DNA of 57,696 nucleotides from an uncultured Bacilli bacterium. Lineage in GTDB: Bacteria; Bacillota_I; Bacilli_A; RF39; UBA660. A model generated the notes under the pieces. It was given only the letters and a program-made list of their open reading frames with translations. It had not been told where the DNA came from and did no database searches. The stretch is from the NCBI GenBank assembly GCA_947631475.1, contig CANRLI010000001.1, forward strand, positions 1-57,696. The letters run 5' to 3'. The first letter of the stretch is position 1, and each line of letters starts with the position of its first letter. Shown piece after piece: positions 8,645 to 18,731 of this stretch. Made by a program: the position numbers and the translations under genes.

Positions 8645-10595
8645 ATATGCTTTTGATACGTTCTCCAATGCCTCTAAAGAATGCTCCTATTACACCAAAA
8701 TTGAAATATATTTTATATCCTAATAATCTTAAGATTAGATATATAACAATAATAATGATTACAATAATTAGAATAATAATTAAGATAATGTTGGTACCTT
8801 TTTCAACACCTTTAATGGTAATAGTGTAAGTTTCAGTTGTACTATTATCTTCAGCTGTACATGTAATAGTTATTTCTGAACCTTGTTTTAATTCTTCGGT
8901 TCCAGTGGCTTCACAAACCGTGGTATCTTCAACACCTAAGGCTTGAACATCTAAGGAAGTATCACCTTTTTTTAAGATAATGTCATAGTTACGTTGATTA
9001 GGTTGAAAATCGATTTGATATTCTTTTTTACCTTTGACTGTCAAGCTACCAAGTTCGGCATTTGAACTTAATTCCTTTTTCTCTTGTCTTGTTACATTTA
9101 AAGTATAAACATTAGAGAAATTAGCACAATCTTTACTAGTAACAGTTATAGTAACCTCTCTTGTAACATTAACTTCTAAGTTTTCTAAACCAGATATTTT
9201 GACTTCGTCGCCTTCTTCATTAACATAGGCATTTATTCGTAAATCAGTTACTTCATAAGGTACTTTTAAGTCATTGTAGTTAAAGGTTGTTGGATTAAAC
9301 TCAGGAATTTGGTCTATCTCTACATTTTTAAGATCAGAATATAATTGGATTTCTTTTAATAAGGCTAAGGTTGCAGTTTCCGTTGTACAACGAGATGGAT
9401 TACCTTCTCTTATAACTGTTAAGCTATAGACATTGGTTGTTCCTTGTTCGCTCACTACTTTGATGTAAATTTTATTAGTTCCTTCGTTTAATTCATAGTC
9501 TTTTGGTTCGTACCCCGTAGCAAAATATGATTTTGCATCAGTAAGAGTTGCCCCAATTGTAATTTTTGATACATCTTTACTAACATTTATAGTGTAGTTA
9601 TTAGTAGTACTAGCAAATGGGGGATTTAATGAGCCAGCATTGACTGTTAAGTTAGATAAAGTATTAACACTACTACGATTATCAGCACGATTAATATTTA
9701 AAGTATAAATGGTTACTTTGTTAGCTGAATTAACGACTCTTACTTGGAAAGTATTATTACCATAATTTAATTTAACGTTACGAGAACCATAACCAGAAAC
9801 AAAAGAGGAACCAGATGATGCTGTGGCAGTAATTTTAAGAGAGCTAACATCACCACCTACTGATACTTTATAAGATCTAGTTGAACTATTGAATGCTGGT
9901 GATAGGGATCCAGCGCTAACAGATAAACTAGCTAATGAAGCATCTGGAACGGGATTAGGAGTTGTTCCGGGATTAGGGTCAGAACTTGAAACAGGTGAAC
10001 AAGTACCTGTATAAACTATTTTACAATAACGTTTACTTTGCGCATCAGTTAAAGGCGTACTATTTTGATTACAAGTATTAGTTGTTACACTATATGTTTG
10101 CTTATAGCCACTTGCACATGTTAAGAATTTACCTTCAGGAGTTAAATTGGTTGTATCAGGAGTTGTTGTATAACTTGAACCATTTTTAGAGAAGATAAAA
10201 CATCTTTCAACGGTAAAATTACCTTTAACATCTGTCTTTTTTTCATTAGTACAAGAATTATTAATTGTAACTGGTGATGGAGAAGCAGCAAGGTAAGAAC
10301 CGCCAATAGTATTAAAAACCCAGAAATAATATGTGCCGTTTCTTAAACTAATTTGCGCATAATTACTTGCTTTCATAGCCATACCAGAAGCAGTTAAAAC
10401 ATTTTTACTAGCATTGCTATTATTAGTTGTTCCATAATAAAAGCTAAGACGAGAATCAGATACATTTTGAGAATATCTAATAGTAACTAAGTCTTTATTA
10501 ACAGAAACAGAGGCTGAAGCAGCCCAAACACTAGTAATACCTAGAAAAAAGATGGCTAAAATAGCTAAATATATATTAAATAATTTTTTTGTCAT
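8634..10595 (-). CDS. cell-surface protein with four cadherin-like beta-sandwich repeats and a C-terminal TM anchor
   Basis: N-terminal signal peptide (AIFFLGITSVWAASA). Repeats of type LASLSVSAGSLSPAFNSSTRSYKVSV ... IYTLNINR occur 4 times. A C-terminal hydrophobic helix (IILIIILIIVIIIIVIYLIL) is followed by a basic tail. Confidence 0.75.
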   Translation of the reverse strand: MTKKLFNIYLAILAIFFLGITSVWAASASVSVNKDLVTIRYSQNVSDSRLSFYYGTTNNSNASKNVLTASGMAMKASNYAQISLRNGTYYFWVFNTIGGSYLAASPSPVTINNSCTNEKKTDVKGNFTVERCFIFSKNGSSYTTTPDTTNLTPEGKFLTCASGYKQTYSVTTNTCNQNSTPLTDAQSKRYCKIVYTGTCSPVSSSDPNPGTTPNPVPDASLASLSVSAGSLSPAFNSSTRSYKVSVGGDVSSLKITATASSGSSFVSGYGSRNVKLNYGNNTFQVRVVNSANKVTIYTLNINRADNRSSVNTLSNLTVNAGSLNPPFASTTNNYTINVSKDVSKITIGATLTDAKSYFATGYEPKDYELNEGTNKIYIKVVSEQGTTNVYSLTVIREGNPSRCTTETATLALLKEIQLYSDLKNVEIDQIPEFNPTTFNYNDLKVPYEVTDLRINAYVNEEGDEVKISGLENLEVNVTREVTITVTSKDCANFSNVYTLNVTRQEKKELSSNAELGSLTVKGKKEYQIDFQPNQRNYDIILKKGDTSLDVQALGVEDTTVCEATGTEELKQGSEITITCTAEDNSTTETYTITIKGVEKGTNIILIIILIIVIIIIVIYLILRLLGYKIYFNFGVIGAFFRGIGERIKSIFDK

Positions 10596-10667
10596 AATAC
10601 CCTATCCTTATCTATTATTAATCATATCATTTACTTGAATATTTAGCAATAAGAAAAAGGTTTCATT

Positions 10668-10696
10668 GTAAAAAAATAATCCCTTAAAGGATTATT
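10668..10696 (-). terminator. rho-independent terminator after the ytxH-like gene
   Basis: Minus strand reads AATAATCC-TTTAAG-GGATTATT followed by TTTTTTT. The hairpin includes the stop codon. Confidence 0.7.
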
Positions 10697-11141
10697 TTTT
10701 ATCATTGTTTTTTACTTTATCATTTTTTTTAGGTTCTTCTAATTTTTTGATAGTGTCTTTTAAAACATCAACTGTTTTAGTTCGTAATTCTTCCATAGCC
10801 TTTTCGATTACAGGAGTTGCTTTTTCTTTAGCTTCACTAACTAAATCATCCATCTTTTCTTTGATAGCAGCAGCTTTTTCTTTAGCTATTTCTAAAACTT
10901 TTTCTTTGTCTAATTCTGATAATTCTTTTTTAATTGATTCAATTTTGTTTAATAGAGAATTTCTAACATCAGCAATATCGATGTCTTTAATTTTATTAAT
11001 CATCTCATCAATTTTTTGTTTTAATTCTTTTCTAGTTTCTTTACCAGATTTTGGAGCAAATAAGATGCCTAAACCTGCACCAACAGCTGCTCCCGCTATA
11101 AATTTACCAAGTCCGTTTCCTTTTTCACCATTTTTACTCAT
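10692..11141 (-). CDS. YtxH-family protein
   Basis: The N-terminal GKFIAGAAVGAGLGILFAPKSGKETRKELK is the YtxH signature. The rest is Lys/Glu-rich coiled coil. GAGGAGG SD. Confidence 0.8.
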   Translation of the reverse strand: MSKNGEKGNGLGKFIAGAAVGAGLGILFAPKSGKETRKELKQKIDEMINKIKDIDIADVRNSLLNKIESIKKELSELDKEKVLEIAKEKAAAIKEKMDDLVSEAKEKATPVIEKAMEELRTKTVDVLKDTIKKLEEPKKNDKVKNNDKK

Positions 11142-11144
11142 ATT

Positions 11145-11438
11145 TTATTCCTCCTCTTCACTTTTTTTTGAGTGTCTATGTTTAAAGACACGGCCAATAA
11201 GACCACTTACACCTTCAACAACGCGATCGGTTATTGAAACAATTTTATCAGTAGTGAAATCTATTAAATTAAAGAAACCATTTAAGGATTGAACTTTATC
11301 ATTAACATCATCAACTACTTTGTTAATCTTTCCTAATGTTTGAATAGATCTTACACCTAATATTATGCCAACAATTAATAAAATTATTAGTAAAAAATAT
11401 ATAATTATTGGTAAAATGGTTTGTAAAAAACTAATCAT
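11145..11438 (-). CDS. DUF948-like (YtxG-type) membrane protein
   Basis: Single N-terminal TM helix followed by a coiled segment, positioned upstream of the ytxH-like gene as in Bacillus ytxGH. I chose ATG 11438, which is 6 nt after GGAGG and overlaps the upstream stop (translational coupling). Confidence 0.6.
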   Translation of the reverse strand: MISFLQTILPIIIYFLLIILLIVGIILGVRSIQTLGKINKVVDDVNDKVQSLNGFFNLIDFTTDKIVSITDRVVEGVSGLIGRVFKHRHSKKSEEEE

Positions 11439-12678
11439 CTTCATCCTCCTCTCCTTCTTCATACATTGAATCTATTAAATTAAATAAATCTGTTTCTAAG
11501 GTATCACCTTTGGCAATACGTTCTTTTAGTTCGTTGTCTTCTTTTAATGATTCTTCTTCTGAAAGTGGTTTGATAGAATTTAATTCTTTTTCTATATCGT
11601 CAAGTATTTGTAAAGTACTTGTCTTTTCCATTTCATCCATGGCATGTGGAGTATTGTTTTTTTCTTTAAGATGAGTGGCATCACTCAGTTTTTTATCAAT
11701 AATTTCTGGTTCTTCTTTAACATCTATAACGTTTGTTATTTCGTAATTTTTATCATCTAATTGATCTTCAATACTTGGTTCGTTTTCATAATCAAGGTTA
11801 GCCGTTATCTGAGGAGTTGGCTCGTTTTCAACAACTATTTCTTTGGCCGTTAGTTCTTCTACTTTAACCTCTTCAGGATGAGAATCATTTAAAGCCGCTT
11901 GTTTTTCTAAATTTTCTAATTCACCATAGGCTTTTTTACGAACTTCATCAATGTTGGTAACTGGGGTAGTTGTTTCTTTTTTAGCTGAGTCAATAATGTC
12001 TTTTTTTTCGCCATAATCAGCAACTGACTTAACTATCTTTTCACGTTTCATGCCACCTTTTTTATCAACTATTTCATCTTTACGATAATTTTTATCTAAT
12101 ATACCATAAACTGGTGAAATAACGGGTGATGGTGTAAATGGTTTACGACCAGGGGTTGATGAAATATTAATTTTATATTTATCATTTTCACGATTTTTAT
12201 CAGTTGTAGTTGTCGATGAGAAATTGTTATTAGCTTTGCGAATAGCAGAGATAGAATCGTTGTTTTCCTTAGTTTCCCTTTTGATTTTGTTTTCATGTTT
12301 ATTAATACGTGAATTAAGTCGATCAAATTCGGCTTCATCAAAAGATGGGAAAATAGAAGCTTTTTGTTCTTTTTGGACTGTTACAACTGTTTCGCTTTTA
12401 GTTTCTTCCTGTGGTTGTTCTTTTTTATTAGTATCCGATAAACTTGTGACATCATTTATAACATCTTCATCATCGCCAAAACTAAAATCAATATCCCTTT
12501 TTACATTATTAAAATGAGAGCTATCACTAGTTTTAATTGGTTCTTCAGGAAAAGATATATCATCGTTTTCTTTAGTGATAGGTTCTTTTATGGTATCTTC
12601 TTTAGTATAAACTGGCATAGACTCAACTTCGTCATCATCTTCAAATAAAATATTTTTTATTTTATCAAATAATCCCAT
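11431..12678 (-). CDS. highly acidic low-complexity protein with N-terminal amphipathic helix
   Basis: ATG 12678 follows an AAGGCGG SD. The N-terminus is MGLFDKIKNILFEDDDE and the C-terminus ends EEGEEDEDD. The protein is very Glu/Asp/Lys rich with no catalytic motif. Confidence 0.6.
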   Translation of the reverse strand: MGLFDKIKNILFEDDDEVESMPVYTKEDTIKEPITKENDDISFPEEPIKTSDSSHFNNVKRDIDFSFGDDEDVINDVTSLSDTNKKEQPQEETKSETVVTVQKEQKASIFPSFDEAEFDRLNSRINKHENKIKRETKENNDSISAIRKANNNFSSTTTTDKNRENDKYKINISSTPGRKPFTPSPVISPVYGILDKNYRKDEIVDKKGGMKREKIVKSVADYGEKKDIIDSAKKETTTPVTNIDEVRKKAYGELENLEKQAALNDSHPEEVKVEELTAKEIVVENEPTPQITANLDYENEPSIEDQLDDKNYEITNVIDVKEEPEIIDKKLSDATHLKEKNNTPHAMDEMEKTSTLQILDDIEKELNSIKPLSEEESLKEDNELKERIAKGDTLETDLFNLIDSMYEEGEEDEDD

Positions 12679-12691
12679 TTGGAACACCGCC

Positions 12692-13342
12692 TTAATTTAT
12701 TAAATCTGTATCATGAATTTCATCTTCATCTTGATATATATAGTCATCAATAGTTTGTAAAAACTCACTATTATCAGCACTATTAGTATCAAATATATTG
12801 AAATTAAGTTCTTTAAATTGTGATTCTTCTTCATCTAGTAAAGTTTTTAAGACATTTGTATTAAAATCAACAGAGGTCAAAATACTTAAAGAATTAGCTA
12901 CTGTTGCCTTAATATCTTTTTCTTTTACTATTACCTCTATTTTAGCATAATTATACATAATTTCAATAAAATACTTACCATTTTTTAACTCGTTTATTTC
13001 GATATAACCATATTTATCTTCATAGCTAATAGGCTTAGAATAATAAGCCTGTTGATTTTCTTTATAGGTTTCTATTACTTTATTATAGTAACTAACTGCA
13101 TCAATATATAAATAATAAGTATAATCTTTACTATTTAGTACTTCATTGTATTCTGTCGTGTCAATAGAAGTTATGCCTTTAGGTAAATTATATTTATAAC
13201 CTTGTCTATATGTATTATATACTGAAACTTTTTTTTCTGTACCTTGGGCGATTATATCGGGTAATGATGTATCTTGAATTGATGTACAACCGCAAAGAAA
13301 TGGACAGATAAAAAGAGAAAGTAAGATTAATTTCTTTTTCAT
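12692..13342 (-). CDS. lipoprotein, function unknown
   Basis: Signal peptide with a lipobox (FLCGC|TS). AGGAGGG SD. Confidence 0.7.
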   Translation of the reverse strand: MKKKLILLSLFICPFLCGCTSIQDTSLPDIIAQGTEKKVSVYNTYRQGYKYNLPKGITSIDTTEYNEVLNSKDYTYYLYIDAVSYYNKVIETYKENQQAYYSKPISYEDKYGYIEINELKNGKYFIEIMYNYAKIEVIVKEKDIKATVANSLSILTSVDFNTNVLKTLLDEEESQFKELNFNIFDTNSADNSEFLQTIDDYIYQDEDEIHDTDLIN

Positions 13343-13397
13343 AGTCCCTCCTACTTCTTCTTACATATTATATCATTTATACCTTCAAAATAAAATA

Positions 13398-14030
13398 TTA
13401 TTTTTTACGGGCTTTTAAATAATTTATTTTGATTCCTTGTTTAACAAATTTACTTTCATATTCAGTTAAAGAGTTTTCTATTGATGTACTATGTAAATCT
13501 AAAGAAATATCTTCGATAGTATAGCCATAAGTACTTAAGCTAACAATGGAACTTTCAAATAATGAAATATTATCGGTTTTTTGAATTATTACTTTACAGT
13601 CTTTAAACACTTTATCATAGATAGGCAGAAAGACGTGAGAAGTTAATCTTCGTTTGGCATGTCTTTTTTTAGGCCATGGATCACTAAAATTCAGGTAAAT
13701 AACATCTATTTCATGAGCAAATATTTTATCTAAGTTTATAGCATCCGTACAAATTATTTTAAGATTGGGTAAAGTAGTATCAGTAAGTTTTTCTAAAGCA
13801 CGACATAAGACACTTTCATACTTTTCAAGACCAATAAAATTAATTTGAGGGTTTTTGGTAGCTTTATCAATTAAGAAATTACCTTTACCCATGCCTATTT
13901 CTAAATGAATGGGATTAGAATTATGAAAAATATCTTTATTATAACGTCCTTGGTAAGCCATTGGATCTGTTATAACAAATGGACTATTATTAACTATTTC
14001 TTTAGCGTTTTTAACATTTCTAAGACGCAT
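13398..14030 (-). CDS. trmB: tRNA (guanine46-N7)-methyltransferase
   Basis: HLEIGMGKGNFL (SAM-binding) and NFSDPWPKKRHAKRRL motifs; typical ~210 aa length. Confidence 0.9.
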   Translation of the reverse strand: MRLRNVKNAKEIVNNSPFVITDPMAYQGRYNKDIFHNSNPIHLEIGMGKGNFLIDKATKNPQINFIGLEKYESVLCRALEKLTDTTLPNLKIICTDAINLDKIFAHEIDVIYLNFSDPWPKKRHAKRRLTSHVFLPIYDKVFKDCKVIIQKTDNISLFESSIVSLSTYGYTIEDISLDLHSTSIENSLTEYESKFVKQGIKINYLKARKK

Positions 14031-14084
14031 TTTCTCTCAACCTTTCACAACATTTACATATACTTTTAGTAAGGAGGACTTATA

Positions 14085-14408
14085 ATGAGAAAAGATCGTA
14101 ATACATTCTTTACTAACTACAATGCCCAACAAGCTAGTTATATACCAGATATGCCTAATATGCAAGTTATGCCAAATAATATAAATTCTAATGGTTTTGG
14201 TCCTTATCAAGCTGCTTCAACTAATTCAAGTTTCTATGCAGGACCAGATATTGGGGCTTCTAACGATTTAGATAATCGTCTATCAAAAATAGAAAGACAA
14301 ATTAATCGTTTAGACAATCGGGTATCTAAATTAGAAAATAATATGCTTTCATCAAATACACCAATTGAAAATATTGAAAATAACTATTCTAATATGTATA
14401 TGCTTTAA
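14085..14408 (+). CDS. hypothetical Asn/Ser-rich protein with short coiled coil
   Basis: Strong SD (TAAGGAGGA). LDNRLSKIERQINRLDNRVSKLENN heptad segment. No family recognised. Confidence 0.55.
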   Translation: MRKDRNTFFTNYNAQQASYIPDMPNMQVMPNNINSNGFGPYQAASTNSSFYAGPDIGASNDLDNRLSKIERQINRLDNRVSKLENNMLSSNTPIENIENNYSNMYML

Positions 14409-16069
14409 ATACTTATCTTACCAAAGGTAAGTTTTTTTATTAAACGTTTAATATATTCATGACCAAATATCTTCGATACTATACCCATTTTAAAGGCAAC
14501 TAATAAATAAACTATAGCACCACTAAGACTGGTAATTAATATTAAAATAATACATGATAAACGGCTCGTATAATCAGTAGGTATGACAGCTTTTAGTAAA
14601 ACAACTACCCCTATCATAAGAATTGTTGGAACTAAGATACGACCTAATTCTTTAAAAGTATCTTTATATTTAAGTTTACAATCTCTTTTTAAAGATGTTA
14701 GAGTTATCGTAATACTTATGATGTAACCAATAATACTAGCACTAACTGCTCCTAAGTAAGGAGGAATACCTATTTTATTATATAAAAGCATTAATGGAAC
14801 ATCTAAAGCAGCATTACATACTAAACCGGTAATCGTAGTAATATAGACTGTTTTAAATTTATTTAAACCTTGTAAGGCAATTGAAGTAACCATAAAGATA
14901 TTATTACATAAACCATTAAAGATACTTAAAGCCACAATATAACCACCACTTATGTTATAGCCGTAAAAAGCACTCCAGATAGATTGACTTAGTAAGGAGA
15001 TACCAACAGTCATAGGGATAGATAAAAAGAGTAATATTTGTAAAGCTTGATTAAATTTACTATTAACTTCATCCCAATTTTTTAAAGTATAAGCACTAAC
15101 CATTGTAGGAATAAGACTAGTAGTCATTCCCATCGCTATAGAAGCAATAATCATATTAATTTTAGGAGCCCAGGTAATAACGGCACTGGTTACAAATTCG
15201 ACATCATTGGCACTTAATTTAAGATAGTTCATCGTTCTTAATATTAAGGTCATATCCGTAAAATTATATAGACTATTAACGATGTTAATAATAATAAAAG
15301 GAATAGCATAGCTAAATATTTTTTTAGTTATTTCTTTATTAGTAATATTGTCTAAACCATAATTATTATCGTTATTGAGTTCTTTTTGATGTTTGGCGAC
15401 TTGATATCTTACAAAGGCATAAGCCACAAAGCCCGCAACAAAGGCACCAAAAACGGAAAGTCCAACCGCTAAGGTAACACTACCATTAAAAACATTTATG
15501 ATTAGGTAAGAGCCGATTAAGAGAATAGCAATTCTAACAATTTGTTCAATGACTTGGCTACCACTGGATATATTTATTATTTTATGACCTTGTAAGTAAC
15601 CTTTTTCGACGCTTAAAAAAGGGACAATTAAAATAGCAAAGGCAACACATCTAATAACGAAGGCAACGTCTTGTGGAGTATTACCACCTTGTAAGTCACC
15701 TATTAAAGTTTGAGATAAGGCAGGAGCAAAAACAATCATTATAATAAAAATGGACACAGCTAAAAAGCCCATTATTTTTTTAGCTAAATGATAAGCACGG
15801 TTTTTGGCATCCATCATTCCTAAAGTATTATATTCATTAATGATTTTACTAACCGCAATCGGTAGTCCGGCCGTTGAGATGTCTAAAAAAATATTATAAA
15901 ACATATAAGCATAGGCATATAAAGCACTACCTTGAACGCCAATAATCGCATAAAAAGGGATAACATAAAACATCCCTAATATTTTCGTAACGACTATGGA
16001 TATTGTTGCAATAATAGTTCCTTCAACAAACGAACTTTTTTTCATTTTTAACCACTCATTTTTCTTCAT
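14405..16069 (-). CDS. MOP-superfamily flippase (MurJ/YtgP/SpoVB-like polysaccharide biosynthesis protein)
   Basis: About 14 predicted TM helices, ~550 aa, with composition typical of YtgP/SpoVB. The start is uncertain (ATG 16069 or 16045); both overlap or abut the Cse60 stop. Confidence 0.75.
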   Translation of the reverse strand: MKKNEWLKMKKSSFVEGTIIATISIVVTKILGMFYVIPFYAIIGVQGSALYAYAYMFYNIFLDISTAGLPIAVSKIINEYNTLGMMDAKNRAYHLAKKIMGFLAVSIFIIMIVFAPALSQTLIGDLQGGNTPQDVAFVIRCVAFAILIVPFLSVEKGYLQGHKIINISSGSQVIEQIVRIAILLIGSYLIINVFNGSVTLAVGLSVFGAFVAGFVAYAFVRYQVAKHQKELNNDNNYGLDNITNKEITKKIFSYAIPFIIINIVNSLYNFTDMTLILRTMNYLKLSANDVEFVTSAVITWAPKINMIIASIAMGMTTSLIPTMVSAYTLKNWDEVNSKFNQALQILLFLSIPMTVGISLLSQSIWSAFYGYNISGGYIVALSIFNGLCNNIFMVTSIALQGLNKFKTVYITTITGLVCNAALDVPLMLLYNKIGIPPYLGAVSASIIGYIISITITLTSLKRDCKLKYKDTFKELGRILVPTILMIGVVVLLKAVIPTDYTSRLSCIILILITSLSGAIVYLLVAFKMGIVSKIFGHEYIKRLIKKLTFGKISI

Positions 16070-16232
16070 ATATTATCATCGCCGAAAAGCAATATATTTG
16101 TTCTTCCCCAAACATTGCAATTGCAACCTGATACTTGATATCAATTATATCACAATTGTTGTCTTTAAGAAATTCATTAATACTGTTTTCTAAATCCTTT
16201 TCATGATTTTCATCAAATAATTTGACACGCAA
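16056..16232 (-). CDS. Cse60-family small sporulation-associated protein
   Basis: RVKLFDENHEKDLENSINEFL ... DIKYQVA ... EQIYCFSAMIIYEEK matches my recollection of the B. subtilis Cse60/YteV pattern. The likely start is TTG at 16232, 6 nt after GAGGTGA. Confidence 0.6.
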   Translation of the reverse strand: MRVKLFDENHEKDLENSINEFLKDNNCDIIDIKYQVAIAMFGEEQIYCFSAMIIYEEK

Positions 16233-16410
16233 AGGAATCACCTCTAAAAAATATTAACAACTTAAATTGTCGAAAAAAGTAGTAAAAGGTAATTTATCAA
16301 GTTATAATACTTTTAAGACAATTATTAAAAAGGTCAATTCCTAAAAGACTATAAGAAAAATAAAGAGAAAGGAATCAATCAGTAATTTATGATTGGTAGA
16401 CGTGATTGCA

Positions 16411-18672
16411 ATGAAAAAGTTTAAAAAAATCTTGCCATATATTATTAATGGACTTTTAGTATTAATAATTTTTATAGGAAGTTTAATAGTTACCAAGACT
16501 TTTCCTTTTGGAGATAATATATTGGGTAAAAGTGATGCTATGGTACAGTTTAAACCAATGTTGTATGATTTTATTATGAGTATCAAAACGCAAACAATAA
16601 GTGCTTATTCATTTAATAATGCTTTGGGTAATCCAACTATTTTTAATTTTTTATATTATTTAGCTAGTCCTTTAAATTTAGTAGCATTATTATTTAATAA
16701 GCCCGATTATATGTTTTTAAGTGTCATCTTATTAAAACTATCATTAACTGCTCTTACTATCAGTTTTTATGCCCAAAAGAAAGTAAATAGTAATTGGAAA
16801 GCTACTATTATTTGTTTATCCTATGTTTTTTCAAGTTGGTTTTTAGCTTATGGATTTAGTTTACCATGGCTTGACATTTTTTTAATATTTCCCCTATTTC
16901 AATATGGACTTGAGAAATTATTAAATGAAAAAAAATATAATCTTTATATCTTTACATTAGCTTATGCTATGTTAAGTAACTTTTATCTAAGTATTAGTAT
17001 TATTTTTTATACAGTTTGCTATTTTATTTTTACTGAAGTTTTTTATAAAAAGCAAAGTTTTAAGGAAAAATTAAAATCCTTTAATTATCTTTTCTTAAGT
17101 ACACTCGTTTCTCTACTCTCAATTACTTTTTATCTTTATGCTATTTATACAGCATTTTTAAAAAGGGGCATAAATGTTTCTAATGATTTATTTTTGGATT
17201 ATAAAGTATCTGTAAAGGATTTTATTAAAGCTTTCTATTATGGTAATAGTAATTTTATGACATTAGCAAGTGGTAATACCTATCCTAATATAGCTTTAAA
17301 TACTTTAGTTTTATTTAATATTATTTATTATTTTATGAATAAGAAGATTACGAAAAAAGAAAAAATAGGAGCTTTAATAATCAGTTTATTGGTTATAGCT
17401 ATAATATTTATACCATCTTTAAATTGGGCAATTGATTTTTTAAATAACAGTATAGGTTTTGTCTATCGTTATTCGTTTATAATAATAATGCTTTGTTTAT
17501 TCTTACTAATTAGAAATATGCAAACATTTACAACAGTGGAATTAAAGAAATATTTTGTTATTTGTTTATTTTTAATAATTGGATTGGTTCTTAATTATAA
17601 AAATATGGATTTTACAATATTCATTTTTAATTTAGTTTTTATTATTAGTTATTTAATATTAATGAAATTTTATAATTCAACTAATTTATATAAGGGCTTA
17701 TTAATTTTGTGGTTAGTCATACAATCAGGGATTGGTTTAAGTTATAACTTAGTAAATACAGAAATGAGTAAAAAAGCCAACGAAAATATTGATAAGATAG
17801 ATTATCAAATAGAACCTATTAAGTATCGTTTAAATAAAGCCAGTAATAAAGAAGATGAATTACTTAATTATAATTTATATAGTAATAGTAATGTTACCTA
17901 TTTATTTTCAGCAATGAATTATCATAATTCTTTAAATTTATTAACACAATTAGGATGTAATTTATTAGATGATAATTCTGTAGTATGTGCAGAAGATAAT
18001 GTTTATTTTAATATATTATTTAATATTAAAAATGATTATTATTTAGAAAAAATTTATGCCGTTAAACAAGACATTTTAAATATTGATTTGGATATTTTTA
18101 ATACCAAAACTTCACAAGAAAATTTAGTAACAGCGATGACGGGCGTTAAAGATTTATTTCATGAAGAAATTTTGACTGGTAAAGAAACGCAACAAGGAAT
18201 GGAATTTGCAACAAACTACCCATTTTATTTAATTGATTATCGTAATGAGGATGGAACAATTATTAATTATCCCCAAGTTTATCAAAAATTTACTGTTGCT
18301 AACAATGCTAAAGAAGTAAAGATTTATATCCCAAATAATGATAAGATAAAAGAAGTTTATCAAAGTTTAGAAAATGGGCAGATTCATTATACTCATTATG
18401 AAGATAGTAAAATTGAAGGCACTATAAAGGTCTTAAATGATCAAGTAATATTTACTTCTATTCCATATGATGAAGACTGGCAAATAAAAATAGATGGACA
18501 AGTTGTAAAACCAATTAAATTATTAGATTCTTTAATTGGTATCTTATGTGCTGAAGGTACTCATACCATAACGATGGAATATAAAAGTCATTATGAGGGA
18601 CCAATCTTAATTTCATTAATAACTTTTATCTTTTTAATTATAAATATAGTAAGCAAAAGAAAAAAGATTTAA
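16411..18672 (+). CDS. YfhO-family membrane glycosyltransferase-like protein
   Basis: Large polytopic N-terminal region, an extracytoplasmic C-terminal domain and a final TM helix. FPFGDNILGKSDAMVQFKPMLYDF is typical of the YfhO N-terminus. The track start 16393 is TTG; I prefer ATG 16411. Confidence 0.7.
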   Translation: MKKFKKILPYIINGLLVLIIFIGSLIVTKTFPFGDNILGKSDAMVQFKPMLYDFIMSIKTQTISAYSFNNALGNPTIFNFLYYLASPLNLVALLFNKPDYMFLSVILLKLSLTALTISFYAQKKVNSNWKATIICLSYVFSSWFLAYGFSLPWLDIFLIFPLFQYGLEKLLNEKKYNLYIFTLAYAMLSNFYLSISIIFYTVCYFIFTEVFYKKQSFKEKLKSFNYLFLSTLVSLLSITFYLYAIYTAFLKRGINVSNDLFLDYKVSVKDFIKAFYYGNSNFMTLASGNTYPNIALNTLVLFNIIYYFMNKKITKKEKIGALIISLLVIAIIFIPSLNWAIDFLNNSIGFVYRYSFIIIMLCLFLLIRNMQTFTTVELKKYFVICLFLIIGLVLNYKNMDFTIFIFNLVFIISYLILMKFYNSTNLYKGLLILWLVIQSGIGLSYNLVNTEMSKKANENIDKIDYQIEPIKYRLNKASNKEDELLNYNLYSNSNVTYLFSAMNYHNSLNLLTQLGCNLLDDNSVVCAEDNVYFNILFNIKNDYYLEKIYAVKQDILNIDLDIFNTKTSQENLVTAMTGVKDLFHEEILTGKETQQGMEFATNYPFYLIDYRNEDGTIINYPQVYQKFTVANNAKEVKIYIPNNDKIKEVYQSLENGQIHYTHYEDSKIEGTIKVLNDQVIFTSIPYDEDWQIKIDGQVVKPIKLLDSLIGILCAEGTHTITMEYKSHYEGPILISLITFIFLIINIVSKRKKI

Positions 18673-18678
18673 GTAATA

Positions 18679-18724
18679 AAAAATGTTACCTAATAGTTTT
18701 TAAAACTTTACAGGTAACATTTTT
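18679..18724. terminator. bidirectional terminator between convergent genes
   Basis: AAAAATGTTACCT ... AGGTAACATTTTT forms a 13-bp stem with a 20-nt loop and U-runs on both strands. Confidence 0.65.
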
Positions 18725-18731
18725 ATTTAGA

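Noticed and set aside
8650-8700. TTGGTGTAAT within the last codons of the surface-protein gene, resembling the leuS T-box distal loop (TTGGTGTAAA); considered as a hidden Stem I for the tyrS leader
   Set aside because: It has no flanking complementary stem, is in the wrong order relative to an AGAGG-like box, and lies upstream of a consensus promoter. It is most likely coincidence from Gly-Val-Ile codons. It is left as a caveat in the T-box finding.
10705-11292. 195-aa plus-strand ORF in the track, antisense to the ytxH-like and DUF948-like genes
   Set aside because: It lies entirely opposite two genes with clear family motifs and SD sequences. Its Ser/Phe/Leu-rich low-complexity translation is what the antisense of Lys/Glu-rich codons produces, and there is no SD.
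16341-16586. 81-aa minus-strand ORF overlapping the YfhO start, and 15996-16193 and 20083-20280 overlapping neighbouring genes
   Set aside because: Hydrophobic low-complexity shadow ORFs opposite real membrane-protein genes, with no SD.
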